From assembly GCA_035280065.1 (NCBI GenBank), contig DATEGO010000059.1, positions 16,888 to 80,887 on the forward strand: a stretch of 64,000 nucleotides of DNA. Direction: 5' to 3'. The position numbers were made by a program, and so were the translations under genes. The notes below the pieces were generated by a model, which had not been told where the DNA came from, ran no database searches, and was given only the letters and a program-made list of their open reading frames with translations. This document shows, in pieces, positions 1 to 9,418 of the stretch (positions within the stretch are counted from its first letter, which is position 1; every line of letters starts with the position of its first letter). This DNA is from Candidatus Acidiferrum sp. (GTDB lineage: Bacteria > Acidobacteriota > Terriglobia > Acidiferrales > UBA7541).

Positions 1-30
1 TAACGCCAAGTCTGCGCTTTCCGGAGGGTG

Positions 31-807
31 ATGAATCGTCTCTCTATTTGTTTGATTACGTTGAACGAGGAGCGCAACTTACCGCGCGCCCTGCGATCCA
101 TGGAAGGGATTGCCGATGAGACCGTCATGGTCGACTGCGGAAGCCAAGACCGCACGCAAGAGATTGCGCGAGCCCAAGGCGCTAAGGTCGTTGTGCGCGA
201 ATGGACAAATTTCGCGGAGCAAAAAAACTTTGCAGCGGCGGCAGCAAGTAACGACTGGATCCTGTCGTTGGACGCAGACGAAGAACTGAGTACTGATCTT
301 CGTAAATCTCTTCTTGAATGGAAGCAAAGCGAGCCTGAATTCGCAGTTTATGAAATCGCCCGGCGCGCCCAATATTTAGGCGCCTGGATCAAACACTGCG
401 GATGGTACCCGGACCGCCGGCGCAGACTTTACCATCGGAATTCGGCCAAATTTCAGGGGATCGTGCACGAGTCGCTACGGTTTGAAGGCCGGCCAGGAAG
501 GCTGAGGGGCGATTTGTTGCATTACACGATGAACTCGTTCGCAGAGCATGAGGACAAGGTGGAACGTTACACCACGCTCGCAGCACGGCAAATGTACGAG
601 GCAGGAAAGCGAAGTTGGCGCGCCGCCACGTGGGTGGCCGCGCCTTGGGCCTGTTTTAGCACCTTTGTCCTGCGCGGCGGCTTTCTGGACGGTTATCGCG
701 GCTGGCTCATTTCGAGAATGGCGGCGCGCAGCGTGCGGCTGAAATTTAAGAAGTTGGGCAAACTCGTTGCAGCGGAGCGGCGCGGCGACAGAATGCAAAC
801 GCAATGA
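31..807 (+). CDS. GT2 glycosyltransferase (WaaE/KdtX-like LPS core beta-1,4-glucosyltransferase)
   Basis: LSICLITLNEE start, VDCGSQDRT, WILSLDADE (DXD) motif, VHE and LLHYT motifs typical of this subfamily. Confidence 0.9.
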   Translation: MNRLSICLITLNEERNLPRALRSMEGIADETVMVDCGSQDRTQEIARAQGAKVVVREWTNFAEQKNFAAAAASNDWILSLDADEELSTDLRKSLLEWKQSEPEFAVYEIARRAQYLGAWIKHCGWYPDRRRRLYHRNSAKFQGIVHESLRFEGRPGRLRGDLLHYTMNSFAEHEDKVERYTTLAARQMYEAGKRSWRAATWVAAPWACFSTFVLRGGFLDGYRGWLISRMAARSVRLKFKKLGKLVAAERRGDRMQTQ

Positions 808-1895
808 GAGTGCTCTACGTAGACCTGGAGCGCGAATGGCGCGGTGGGCAGAGCCAGGCGCTGCTGACGTTGCTCGGTCTGCGCGAGCGCGAACTGCAGG
901 CAGAACTCGTGGCCGCGTGCGATTCGCCGTTAACGATGCGCAGCCGAGAAGGGGGAATTACCGTTCACGAAGTGGCGCGGTTCGGCTTGCGAGCCCGAGC
1001 CGCCGCGGTAATACGCCGGCTGCTTGCGCGCCGAAGCTTTGACCTGGCGCACGTGAATGAGCCCCATGCGCTAACGGCTGCCTGGCTCGCGGGCGCGCAT
1101 AAAAAACTGCCGCTTCTCCTTTCGCGTAGGATTGGCTTTCCATTGAGACGAGGCTGGGCTACGCGTGCGCGTTACGCAGCAGTGGAACGGTTCGTGGCCA
1201 ATAGCAGGAATGTCGCGCAAAGCCTGATCGATTGCGGAATTGTGCCCGAACGAATCTCGATCGTGAATGAGGGAGTGGAAATTCGCGAGCGGCCGTCTGC
1301 GGGACAAAGAAACAGGGCTCGAAGTCATTGGGGCGTAAAGGAGGAGGAGTTTCTGTTTGGCTGCGTCAGCGTGTTTGTTCCGGAAAAAGGCCAGGGGCAT
1401 TTGATTGAAGCGCTGGCCGCGGTCAGAGAATCACATCCCCGGGCACGTCTTTTGCTCGCAGGCGATGGTCAATGTCGCGGAGAGTTGGAGGCGTTCGCAA
1501 AACGGTTGGGGCAATCGGAGGCCGTGATTTTTCCCGGATTCGTGAACGACGTCGCCAAGGTCTACGATGCGCTTGATGCTTTCGCCTTCCCTTCCGAATT
1601 CGAAGGCCTCGGAACCGCGCTGCAAACGGCGATGGCAGCAGGCCTGCCGTCCATTTCGACGAGGCGCGGAGCATTGGCAGAAGTTCTAGACCGCGAAGGA
1701 ACGGCATTGGTGGTCGAACCAAACGGAAAGGAATTCGCTAGGGCCATGTTGCGCTTAATCACCGACGCGGACCTCCGAAAGAAACTCAGCGAAGCCGGGC
1801 GGCGCGAAGTGGAGCAGCGATTTTCTGCGGAACGGATGGTCGACGGCACTATCCAGGTTTACAAAGAGGTCCTTGAAAAACGTCCCAGTAAGTAA
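804..1895 (+). CDS. GT4 family glycosyltransferase
   Basis: WRGGQ N-terminal motif, EKG, FPSEFEGLG...AMAAG C-terminal motif; 4-bp overlap with the upstream gene. Confidence 0.9.
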   Translation: MRVLYVDLEREWRGGQSQALLTLLGLRERELQAELVAACDSPLTMRSREGGITVHEVARFGLRARAAAVIRRLLARRSFDLAHVNEPHALTAAWLAGAHKKLPLLLSRRIGFPLRRGWATRARYAAVERFVANSRNVAQSLIDCGIVPERISIVNEGVEIRERPSAGQRNRARSHWGVKEEEFLFGCVSVFVPEKGQGHLIEALAAVRESHPRARLLLAGDGQCRGELEAFAKRLGQSEAVIFPGFVNDVAKVYDALDAFAFPSEFEGLGTALQTAMAAGLPSISTRRGALAEVLDREGTALVVEPNGKEFARAMLRLITDADLRKKLSEAGRREVEQRFSAERMVDGTIQVYKEVLEKRPSK

Positions 1896-1924
1896 AATCC
1901 CTCAGAAAGCACGCTAAAAAAGCT

Positions 1925-1969
1925 TGAAGCGCCTGGTGACTCCTGTGTGAGCCGCCAAGCGCTTCAACC
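1925..1969. terminator. Inverted repeat between convergent genes, possible bidirectional terminator
   Basis: TTGAAGCGCCTGG...CCAAGCGCTTCAA arms. Confidence 0.45.
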
Positions 1970-2049
1970 TTAAAACTTTTGCGCTAGTAGACTGACTTCT
2001 CTCTTCGTTCCAGCGTTGCCCTCCGATCCGCTCGCCGCTTTGCGTCAAG

Positions 2050-2367
2050 CTATTTGGGGGATTGAACAACCCATCGCCCTTTCGGGTTGAGGAACTCCAC
2101 GCCAATAGCAAAGCCTTCGCTTTGTAGGGATTGGCAGTAGGCTACTCGAGCCGAGGAGCGAAACTCTCCGGTGGGCGAAGCGAACTTCAACGGTTCGCCC
2201 GGTTCCCAGCGGCGCACGCTGATCACCCGCGCGCCACGCGCGCTTACGTTTTCCGTAAAAGTCGATTCCAAGCCCGGCGCATCGCGGTGCCCGTCGATCA
2301 AAACGGGAATCTCCATCAAAATGCGTTTCTCCACCCGGTGAAACGCGAATTTGGTCGTGACCGGCAT
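2050..2367 (-). CDS. Stand-alone PilZ domain protein (c-di-GMP receptor)
   Basis: RVEKR (RxxxR) and ENVSARG (N/DxSxxG) motifs, ending IGVEF; directly downstream of a diguanylate cyclase. Confidence 0.8.
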   Translation of the reverse strand: MPVTTKFAFHRVEKRILMEIPVLIDGHRDAPGLESTFTENVSARGARVISVRRWEPGEPLKFASPTGEFRSSARVAYCQSLQSEGFAIGVEFLNPKGRWVVQSPK

Positions 2368-2382
2368 TTCGAACGGTCATCC

Positions 2383-3819
2383 TCACAAGCACGCGGCAAT
2401 GCGCGCGAGATTTTGAACGCTGCTCCGACCGCCATGTTTCATGATGTATAGGGCCCGGTCGGCGGAGCCAAGAAGTTTTTCCGGTGTGTCACCATCTTCT
2501 GGAAACGCTGCAACGCCGGCGCTGACGGACAGTGCCGGGGCTTCGGTTTCGGCGGCCAGCCGTTCGCGGATGCGGGTAACAACGCGCGTAGCAATGTCTT
2601 TGCCGGCTTCGGGCAGGACCAAAGCAAACTCGTCGCCACCGTAACGAGCTGCTGTATCAATGGCGCGCGAGTGATTGCGAAGAACTTTTCCGATGCGCAC
2701 CAGCGCACGGCTGCCGGTCAGGTGACCATATTGATCGTTGATGCTCTTCAAGCCGTCCATGTCAAGCAGCACCACACTGAACGGACGTTGTGTGCGGCGC
2801 GAACGGTCGAGTTCCGCTTCCAGGACGCTGATGAGGCGGCGATAATTCGCCAGCCCAGTAAGCGGATCGCTGACCGCCATCGTGCGCACTTGCTCGAACA
2901 GGCGCGCCTGGTCGAGCAAAGCGCCGGCAAGCATCACCACGTAGCTAAACGTCTTGCTCAGTTCCGCGAGGAAAAACGGCCCATCGAAAAGCTGGCGGGA
3001 AAACGCGGCGGAGACATGGCAGATTGCGTTCAGCGAAGCCACGATGAGCAGCGCATAGTCGAAAATGCTTGCGCTGCTCTTTTTGTCCTTCTCACTTTTG
3101 ATGCGAAGGCGGAAGCACGCCGCTGCAATCAAATAGAGCATGGCAGGAAGCAAATCCCAAGGCCGAGACAGAATATTCTTTGCATTCGCCACCGGTGCGG
3201 AGGGAGCGGCAAGGAACGCGGCGCTGGTCACGTACGCTGCCAGAGCTACGACGAGCAGGACGGCGGCGGTTTCCTTGCTGGGCTTGCGCGCCGTGGGCAT
3301 GTAGCGCTCCACGGCCAGAGCCGCCAGCAGCAGAACCGCGAGCAAAGTCCGGCTGACCATCCAGCCGAGCGGAACTTTCGAAAGGACTAGCGTTCCGTCG
3401 TTGAGCCCGTCGTTGAGTCCAAAGTAGCCGACGGTCTCGATGATTCCAGCAAGCGCAAAACCGAAGGAAAGAATCAGCGAGGTGCGATCGTGCGTGCCGC
3501 GAAACCGCACGAGGGCATTGGCGGCATAGCAGTAGCACAGGAGCGTTCCACCCACTTCGAGATACAGATAGGCTTGCGGCGAGGCTGCAACGGAGGTTTG
3601 CCGGGAATAAAAGATGGCCGCAAACAGGAGAGTCACCAGGGTCAGTGCGGTAGCGACAGCAAGGCGCGAGCGAAAGTTCCGCGCTGAAAGCGCTTGGCGG
3701 CTGCTTCCGAGAAACCCTGCGATACTAGGCCAACTCCCCACAAAATCTCCCAAACACCGAAGAAACACTGGCAAATGGCTAGAAAAGCAAGTTTGTGCCC
3801 TTTCTGAAGACAAAATCAC
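2383..3819 (-). CDS. Membrane-bound diguanylate cyclase (multi-TM MASE-like sensor plus GGDEF); true start may be downstream of 3819
   Basis: DPLTGLAN, LDMDGLKSINDQYGH, RYGGDEF motifs; about 8 hydrophobic segments N-terminally. Confidence 0.88.
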   Translation of the reverse strand: MILSSERAQTCFSSHLPVFLRCLGDFVGSWPSIAGFLGSSRQALSARNFRSRLAVATALTLVTLLFAAIFYSRQTSVAASPQAYLYLEVGGTLLCYCYAANALVRFRGTHDRTSLILSFGFALAGIIETVGYFGLNDGLNDGTLVLSKVPLGWMVSRTLLAVLLLAALAVERYMPTARKPSKETAAVLLVVALAAYVTSAAFLAAPSAPVANAKNILSRPWDLLPAMLYLIAAACFRLRIKSEKDKKSSASIFDYALLIVASLNAICHVSAAFSRQLFDGPFFLAELSKTFSYVVMLAGALLDQARLFEQVRTMAVSDPLTGLANYRRLISVLEAELDRSRRTQRPFSVVLLDMDGLKSINDQYGHLTGSRALVRIGKVLRNHSRAIDTAARYGGDEFALVLPEAGKDIATRVVTRIRERLAAETEAPALSVSAGVAAFPEDGDTPEKLLGSADRALYIMKHGGRSSVQNLARIAACL

Positions 3820-4170
3820 GCCTTTGCAAGCCTTTACGTTTCAATGATTTACCGTGCAACTTGCTAAAGACTTGGATCGGGTTCAACGGAGCGAGACAGC
3901 ACGAGGAACAACCAGTTTCCAGTCTGGTACTGGTATCACCTTTGTTTCGTTAGAGTTACCGGGCAATTGGACAGTATCAGTGAGATTCCTGTCGATTTCT
4001 CAGGTTGAGACAATCTCAGACATGAAACGGAAACATTTTAGGCAGACAGATCAAAGTGGTTTGTTCAACAAGGGGGAATAGAACTAGAAAAGGAGTTGGC
4101 CTCTTCTCCCGTTCGAATAACAACCTGGGTTTGAGCGCGGCGGGCCCATTTGATGGCGACGGGTGAAACG

Positions 4171-4410
4171 TTAGATGCCAGGTTTTGGTTTGGGAGGAGG
4201 AAGTTCGCGGGCGACGACGGTGTCCGAAAAGCCCGAAGTCTTGTGAGAGCCGTCGCAGAACGGTTTGTTTGCGGAATGGCCGCAGCGGCAAAGGGATACG
4301 GTAGTGCGTCCTGCTAGCCCGAAAGGCGCTCCTTGCGGATCGACGATTTCGAAGTCTCCTTCGACACGAATGGAGCCGTTGCTGTTTACCGTGATCTTGG
4401 TTGCGGCCAT
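4171..4410 (-). CDS. CDGSH iron-sulfur domain protein
   Basis: LCRCGHSANKPFCDGSH motif; GGAGG RBS before the ATG at 4410. Confidence 0.92.
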   Translation of the reverse strand: MAATKITVNSNGSIRVEGDFEIVDPQGAPFGLAGRTTVSLCRCGHSANKPFCDGSHKTSGFSDTVVARELPPPKPKPGI

Positions 4411-4524
4411 TTTTCCTCCCCTCGACGAAGAAAGTATGCCTGCCAGCACACTTCATGGACAAGCAGAAACAAAAGGAGTCCGCGCTTGGGCGGACCCTTT
4501 TCTAGAAAGAAATTCGCTCGCGCA

Positions 4525-5709
4525 CTAATACTTCGGGACGGATGGATCGACCTCGTCGGACCAGGCGAGAATGCCGCCTTTCATATTGAGCACTTTGCGG
4601 AAACCGGCTTTGCGCAAAAAGTCGACCGCCTCCGCGGACCGCTTGCCGCTGCGGCAATGCGCGACGATTTCGCGCGAGGAATCGAGTTCGTGCACGCGCC
4701 GCGGCAATTCGCCGAGCGGGATCAATTGGCCTTTCAAATTGCAGATCTGATATTCGTGGGGCTCGCGCACGTCAAGGATGAAAAGATCGTCTCCGCGGTC
4801 AAGACGGGATTTCAATTCGCGGGGAGTGATTTCAGGCACTTGAACGTTTGGCGCGGGAGCTTCTTCGCCGCGAACTCCGCAGAATTCGTAGTAATCGATG
4901 AGTTTGTGAATGGTGCGATTCGAACCGCACATGGGGCACTTGGGGTTCTTGCGCAGCTTGAGTTCGCGGAAGCGCATTCCCAGCGCGTCAAAGAGCAGCA
5001 AGCGTCCAATGAGATTGTCGCCACTGTCGAGAATCAATTTGATGGTTTCCATGGCTTGGATGGAGCCAACGATTCCGGGCAGAACGCCGAGGACACCGCC
5101 TTCAGCGCAGGAAGGCACCAAACCCGGCGGAGGCGGTTCGGGATAGAGGCAGCGGTAGCACGGGCCGTCGGGCATGCCGAAAACCGTGACTTGCCCCTCG
5201 AAGCGGAAGATCGAGCCGTAGACGTTCGGCTTGCCGAGCAAAATGCAAGCATCATTGACGAGGTAGCGGGTCGGAAAATTGTCCGTGCCATCCACGATGA
5301 AGTCGTAATCCTTGAAGAGTTCGAGGGCGTTTGCGCTGGTCAATTGGGCTTCGATGGATTCAATCTGAATATCCGGATTGAGATTGGAAAGGCGCGCGCG
5401 AGCGGCCTGGCTCTTGGGTTTGCCCACATCGCTGGTGCCAAAGGTGACCTGGCGCTGAAGATTGGTGAAGTCCACGACATCGAAATCAACGAGGCCGAGC
5501 TTGCCGACGCCAGCGGCGGCAAGATACAAACCGAGCGGCGCCCCCAGTCCGCCCGTGCCAATGAGCAAGACCTTGGCGTTTTTCAGCTTGAGCTGCCCCT
5601 CCATGCCGACTTCCGGCATGATGAGGTGGCGGCTGTAGCGAAGAATTTCTTCTTTCGAAAGCGTTGCAGTGGGTTTTGTCCCCGGCTGCGCTTGAGTGGT
5701 TGTAGCCAT
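4525..5709 (-). CDS. moeB: MoeB/MoeZ-type sulfur-carrier adenylyltransferase with C-terminal rhodanese
   Basis: RYSRH, GTGGLG, SNLQRQ-like TNLQRQ, CYRC and CPMC Zn sites, SCAEGG, rhodanese HCRSGKRS. Confidence 0.93.
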   Translation of the reverse strand: MATTTQAQPGTKPTATLSKEEILRYSRHLIMPEVGMEGQLKLKNAKVLLIGTGGLGAPLGLYLAAAGVGKLGLVDFDVVDFTNLQRQVTFGTSDVGKPKSQAARARLSNLNPDIQIESIEAQLTSANALELFKDYDFIVDGTDNFPTRYLVNDACILLGKPNVYGSIFRFEGQVTVFGMPDGPCYRCLYPEPPPPGLVPSCAEGGVLGVLPGIVGSIQAMETIKLILDSGDNLIGRLLLFDALGMRFRELKLRKNPKCPMCGSNRTIHKLIDYYEFCGVRGEEAPAPNVQVPEITPRELKSRLDRGDDLFILDVREPHEYQICNLKGQLIPLGELPRRVHELDSSREIVAHCRSGKRSAEAVDFLRKAGFRKVLNMKGGILAWSDEVDPSVPKY

Positions 5710-5813
5710 TGCCTTTCCCTGCCCTTCTCGATTCATCCAGAATATCAAAAATGGAAGCGAAAAAGTTCCGCGCGAGATTCAAACTGGAGAGAGGACTTCC
5801 AGGAACAGGAAAG

Positions 5814-6098
5814 TCAACAACAACAGCCGCCGGCGATGGAGGGAATGATGCTGATGGTGTCGCCATCTTTGGTGGTGGTGTTTTCTTTCGCGAGATAGCG
5901 AATGTCTTCGTCGTTGACGTAGACATTGACGAAGCTGCGCAGGCGGCCGTCTTCGGTGAACAGGTGCTTGCGAAGGTCGGCATACTGCGTTGTGAGACGG
6001 CTGAGGGCTTCGCCGACCGTGCCGGCGCTGAACTCGGCCGAATCCCGCTTGCCCGCGTAGGGGCGAAGCGGGGTGGGAATCATGACTTTCACAGGCAT
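5814..6098 (-). CDS. cysO: MoaD/ThiS/CysO-family ubiquitin-like sulfur carrier with a C-terminal CCC extension
   Basis: IPTPLR, FVNVYVNDEDIRYL, IIPSIAGG followed by CCC-stop. Confidence 0.88.
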   Translation of the reverse strand: MPVKVMIPTPLRPYAGKRDSAEFSAGTVGEALSRLTTQYADLRKHLFTEDGRLRSFVNVYVNDEDIRYLAKENTTTKDGDTISIIPSIAGGCCC

Positions 6099-6244
6099 TG
6101 GTTTTCTCCCTATATGGTTAAAAGCGCGGGTCTTCCCGACTGAAAGCCGAGACGCAAAAACCGCGAAAAACCCGCCACTACGAATTCAAGTTAGCAACTA
6201 GAGCCGCAGCAGCCCGCCGGGCTGAGGCTCGGCCTCTACGAACC

Positions 6245-6709
6245 CTAAACTGCCGCGCTGTGACGAATCTCGATGCCTTCGGGCGAAAAGGCGCGGCGAT
6301 CGTCGTCCAGGCGCCAGGAAGTCATGTCCTTAGGCGAGCCATTCTGCACGCTGACGATGATGTAGCTGTACCACGGCCACGCGTGATCTTGATCATACTC
6401 GCTCGGGCGCGCGGGATGATCGGGATGCGAATGATACCAGCCGATGACTTCCATACCTTGCGTCTGTGCGGCCTTGTCGGCTTCCAAGACATCTTCCGCA
6501 GTCACAGAAAAGCGATTGCGCGGAGAATCGTCGCGCCGGTTAACAAGCGGAAAAAGCGCCAGCACCTCGCGCGCAGCTTCTGGGTGCGCAACATCCCCAT
6601 CGCGGCCCAGCAGCGCACCGCAACACTCATGAGGATATGTTGCGGCGCCGTGTGTGCGAATTTCCTCGGCCAAGTGTCCGCCGATCCAAAGTTTGGCCTC
6701 TTCCGCCAT
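6245..6709 (-). CDS. mec: M67/JAMM metallopeptidase (Mec-like CysO-cysteine peptidase)
   Basis: YPHECCG and YHSHPDHPARPSEYD (JAMM HxH-x7-S-x2-D); lies between cysM and cysO. Confidence 0.9.
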   Translation of the reverse strand: MAEEAKLWIGGHLAEEIRTHGAATYPHECCGALLGRDGDVAHPEAAREVLALFPLVNRRDDSPRNRFSVTAEDVLEADKAAQTQGMEVIGWYHSHPDHPARPSEYDQDHAWPWYSYIIVSVQNGSPKDMTSWRLDDDRRAFSPEGIEIRHSAAV

Positions 6710-6712
6710 GGT

Positions 6713-7684
6713 CTAGTCTTCGTCCCAGAAGCGTTCGTTCAGGTACTTGGACGCAGAATCCGCAAAAACCGTGACCATTACGGCGTGTTGCTTTTTCGGG
6801 ATTCGCGCAGCTACCGCGAAACAACCCAGAAGCGCGGCCGCAGCGCTTGGGCTGACGAGGAGGCCCTCTTCGCGCGCCAGGCGCTTTACGAGGCGGTAAG
6901 CCTCTTCCGTAGAGACCGGCAGATTGTCATCAGCGAGCCGATCGTCGTAAATCGCTGGGCGAATCGCTGTTTCCATGTGCTTCCAACCTTCTAGGCCGTG
7001 GAAGGAGGCATCAGGTTGCAGGCTGACGCAGCGGATTTCGGGATTCAGCTCTTTCAGGCGACGCGTTGTTCCGACAAAAGTGCCGCTGGTGCCAAGTCCC
7101 GCAATGAAATCCGTAATGCGGCCGGAGGTTTGCTTCCAGATTTCGGTCGCCGTGGTTCGATAGTGCGCTTGCCAATTCGCTGGGTTGCTGTACTGGTCGG
7201 CGTAAAAGTATTTGTCCGGCTGGGCGGCGACGATTTCATGGACTTTGCGAATTGCGCCGTCGGTGCCCTCGTCGCCGGGAGTGATGACCAGTTCCGCGCC
7301 GAAAGCTGCGAGGATGCGCTTGCGCTCGTGAGAAGCGCTGTCGGGCAGGCAAAGCTTCACGCGATAACCCATTGCCGCGCCGATCATGGCGTAGGCGATG
7401 CCGGTGTTGCCGCTCGTGGCGTCAATGATGGTCTTGCCGGGCTTTAGTGCGCCGCTCGCTAGTGCGGCCTGAATCATGCTTAGCGCGGGCCGATCCTTAA
7501 CGGAGCCGCCCGGATTGAACCATTCGGCCTTGGCGTAGAACTCGACGTTTGGAAATTCGCTGCTTACGCGTTCGAGACGGAGAAGAGGGGTGTCGCCAAT
7601 CCGCTCGAGGAGAGACGAGCCTGACAGTGAATCGGGAATAGAGGATTCCCGGGCCGAAGCCGAGATGTGGCCGGTGACAGACAT
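6713..7684 (-). CDS. cysM: PLP-dependent cysteine synthase (CysM-like)
   Basis: IGDTPL, NPGGSVKDR (PLP Lys), ATSGNTG, GLGTSGT. Confidence 0.9.
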   Translation of the reverse strand: MSVTGHISASARESSIPDSLSGSSLLERIGDTPLLRLERVSSEFPNVEFYAKAEWFNPGGSVKDRPALSMIQAALASGALKPGKTIIDATSGNTGIAYAMIGAAMGYRVKLCLPDSASHERKRILAAFGAELVITPGDEGTDGAIRKVHEIVAAQPDKYFYADQYSNPANWQAHYRTTATEIWKQTSGRITDFIAGLGTSGTFVGTTRRLKELNPEIRCVSLQPDASFHGLEGWKHMETAIRPAIYDDRLADDNLPVSTEEAYRLVKRLAREEGLLVSPSAAAALLGCFAVAARIPKKQHAVMVTVFADSASKYLNERFWDED

Positions 7685-7995
7685 GGCAGGTCGTTTTGCA
7701 TAGGATCACTCCAGACCCTAAAGGGTCTGAGATATGCGACCAGTTTACTCCGAATTGATGCATTTTACTATCGCCAGGGTACACGTCTGGTTTTCTTCGT
7801 GTTAGGAGGCGTTTGAAGCGAAGGCCATCATGTGAATAGCCCAAACATGTGGGGCCGCCGCAGCGGTCCATATGCGGGATTGCGTCTTGCCGACAGGCCC
7901 AGAACGCGGGTGCAACACCATTTGCCGGACACGTGGTGAATGATGGGTTCGGCGCACTTTACAGAAGGGAGGGCAACCGCTACTCTGAATGAGCC

Positions 7996-8439
7996 ATGTG
8001 GAATGTCGAAGAACGATTCTCACCAAAGGCGATTGAAGGGTTGGCAGCGCTGGGGTTTGCGGTGGGCAGCACGCGCGGAGTGGTTCGCGTGGAAAAATAC
8101 GGCTGCGGCGCGGAATTCCGCAAGGGAACCGACGAGCGCTATCAGATGACCATCGCGCCAGCGATTATGCTGAAAGGCCAGTTCACGAAGTTGTGGGACG
8201 CGGGTTACCAGAAGTTTTTGCTGACGGACGAAGGATTGAAAATTCCCGCGCTGGCTTCGCACTTGCAGAATCTGCGGAAATTCAACGAAGAACTGCGCAC
8301 GGCGTTGGGGGTACCAACTTTCTACAACGAAGCGCTGGGTTCGGTGAGCCAGGTGAGCGTTTACGACCGCGTGCGAGGGCGCAAAGGCGATGTGCCGGAC
8401 GAAACGGTCGGAGCCCATAGCGCGGAGGGCGGCCACTAG
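7996..8439 (+). CDS. Hypothetical protein (147 aa)
   Basis: Clean ORF with protein-like composition filling the gap; no recognised motif. Confidence 0.65.
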   Translation: MWNVEERFSPKAIEGLAALGFAVGSTRGVVRVEKYGCGAEFRKGTDERYQMTIAPAIMLKGQFTKLWDAGYQKFLLTDEGLKIPALASHLQNLRKFNEELRTALGVPTFYNEALGSVSQVSVYDRVRGRKGDVPDETVGAHSAEGGH

Positions 8440-8500
8440 GAAGTCTTTCGTTATGAGTCTTAAGTTCTCAGTTAATCCAAAAAAAAATCAAACACGTATT

Positions 8501-8797
8501 TCAGCGCGATCCCGCTACTTCCAATTGGCGGCGAAATTGCGAGACGTCGACGCGATGCTTGGCCGCTTTGTGGGCGCCGATGAAAATTACCGGGATGTCC
8601 CATCCATAACGTTCCTTCAGAACGGCGTCTTCGTCGATGTTCACTTCGCGAAGGGCGGCGCCAAATTCGCGGACTAGTGGAGCGATGGCGGCCCTGGCTT
8701 CTTCGCAAAGATAACAGCCTGGACGCGAGTAGAGTGTGACGTCGCGCGGGCCGCAGGCCGCGAGCTTTGCATCTTCGGGCGTATTGATCGCGGTCAC
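8501..8797 (-). CDS. Glutaredoxin-like protein (DUF836 type); start uncertain, GTG at 8797 assumed
   Basis: VTLYSRPGCYLC, EVNID, YGWDIPV. Confidence 0.82.
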   Translation of the reverse strand: MTAINTPEDAKLAACGPRDVTLYSRPGCYLCEEARAAIAPLVREFGAALREVNIDEDAVLKERYGWDIPVIFIGAHKAAKHRVDVSQFRRQLEVAGSR

Positions 8798-9048
8798 AGG
8801 TGCGCCAGGGAGATGGACGAGCGATCCGGCGAAGACCTCCAGTGGAAGAGATCCGAGCGCAAATCGCCAAGCAGCGTTTCGAGGAGTTGCGGCGTCTCTT
8901 CTAGGAGTGAAACGGCGGGCTGAATTTCGGCAGTAGAGGCGGGTTGCATAAGGCTTCTCCGGACGGCCGCACCAGTTTACTCGCAATTCTTCATCGAATG
9001 AAGAAGTGGCGCATAATGTCAGGTACGAGGCGGGATGCAAAGGAAAAC

Positions 9049-9399
9049 ATGAGCAGAGTCGTGGCGCTGATGGACGATTTGTTTTTTCAGATGAAACTGG
9101 CGGAGACCGCCAAGCAGCTTGGCGTGGAAGTGAAAGTGGCGACGAATGGCGACGCGCTGATGGGCTTGATGGCAAACGCGCCAAAACTGGTGATCGTGGA
9201 CTTGAACGCGCGCAGCCAGCCGTTGCAAGCGATTGAAAAAGTGCGGCAAAACAACAAGGACGTTCGCGTCGTGGCATTCCTGTCGCACGTGCAAACGCAA
9301 CTTGCGGCCCAGGCGCAGGCCGTCGGATGCACGGAAGTCTTGCCGCGATCGAGCTTCACGCAGAATCTTGCGGCGATTCTGAGCGCTTCGAAAGATTGA
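9049..9399 (+). CDS. Single-domain CheY-like receiver protein
   Basis: VVALMDD acidic pair, LVIVDL phospho-Asp, AFLSH; conserved Lys replaced by Arg (LPRS); AAGGA RBS. Confidence 0.72.
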   Translation: MSRVVALMDDLFFQMKLAETAKQLGVEVKVATNGDALMGLMANAPKLVIVDLNARSQPLQAIEKVRQNNKDVRVVAFLSHVQTQLAAQAQAVGCTEVLPRSSFTQNLAAILSASKD

Positions 9400-9418
9400 G
9401 CGAGGATCGATCAAGCTA

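Noticed and set aside
5748-5816. Selenocysteine read-through of the cysO TGA to give a CysO-MoeZ fusion
   Set aside because: The two genes are in different frames and another in-frame TGA follows shortly
4333-5898. 521-aa plus-strand ORF
   Set aside because: Antisense shadow of moeZ; no motifs, typical of GC-rich codon bias
5814-6709. Ubiquitin-like anti-phage system (Bil/CBASS-type E1-JAMM)
   Set aside because: No E2 or cyclase; the cysteine synthase and rhodanese-fused MoeZ point to sulfur metabolism
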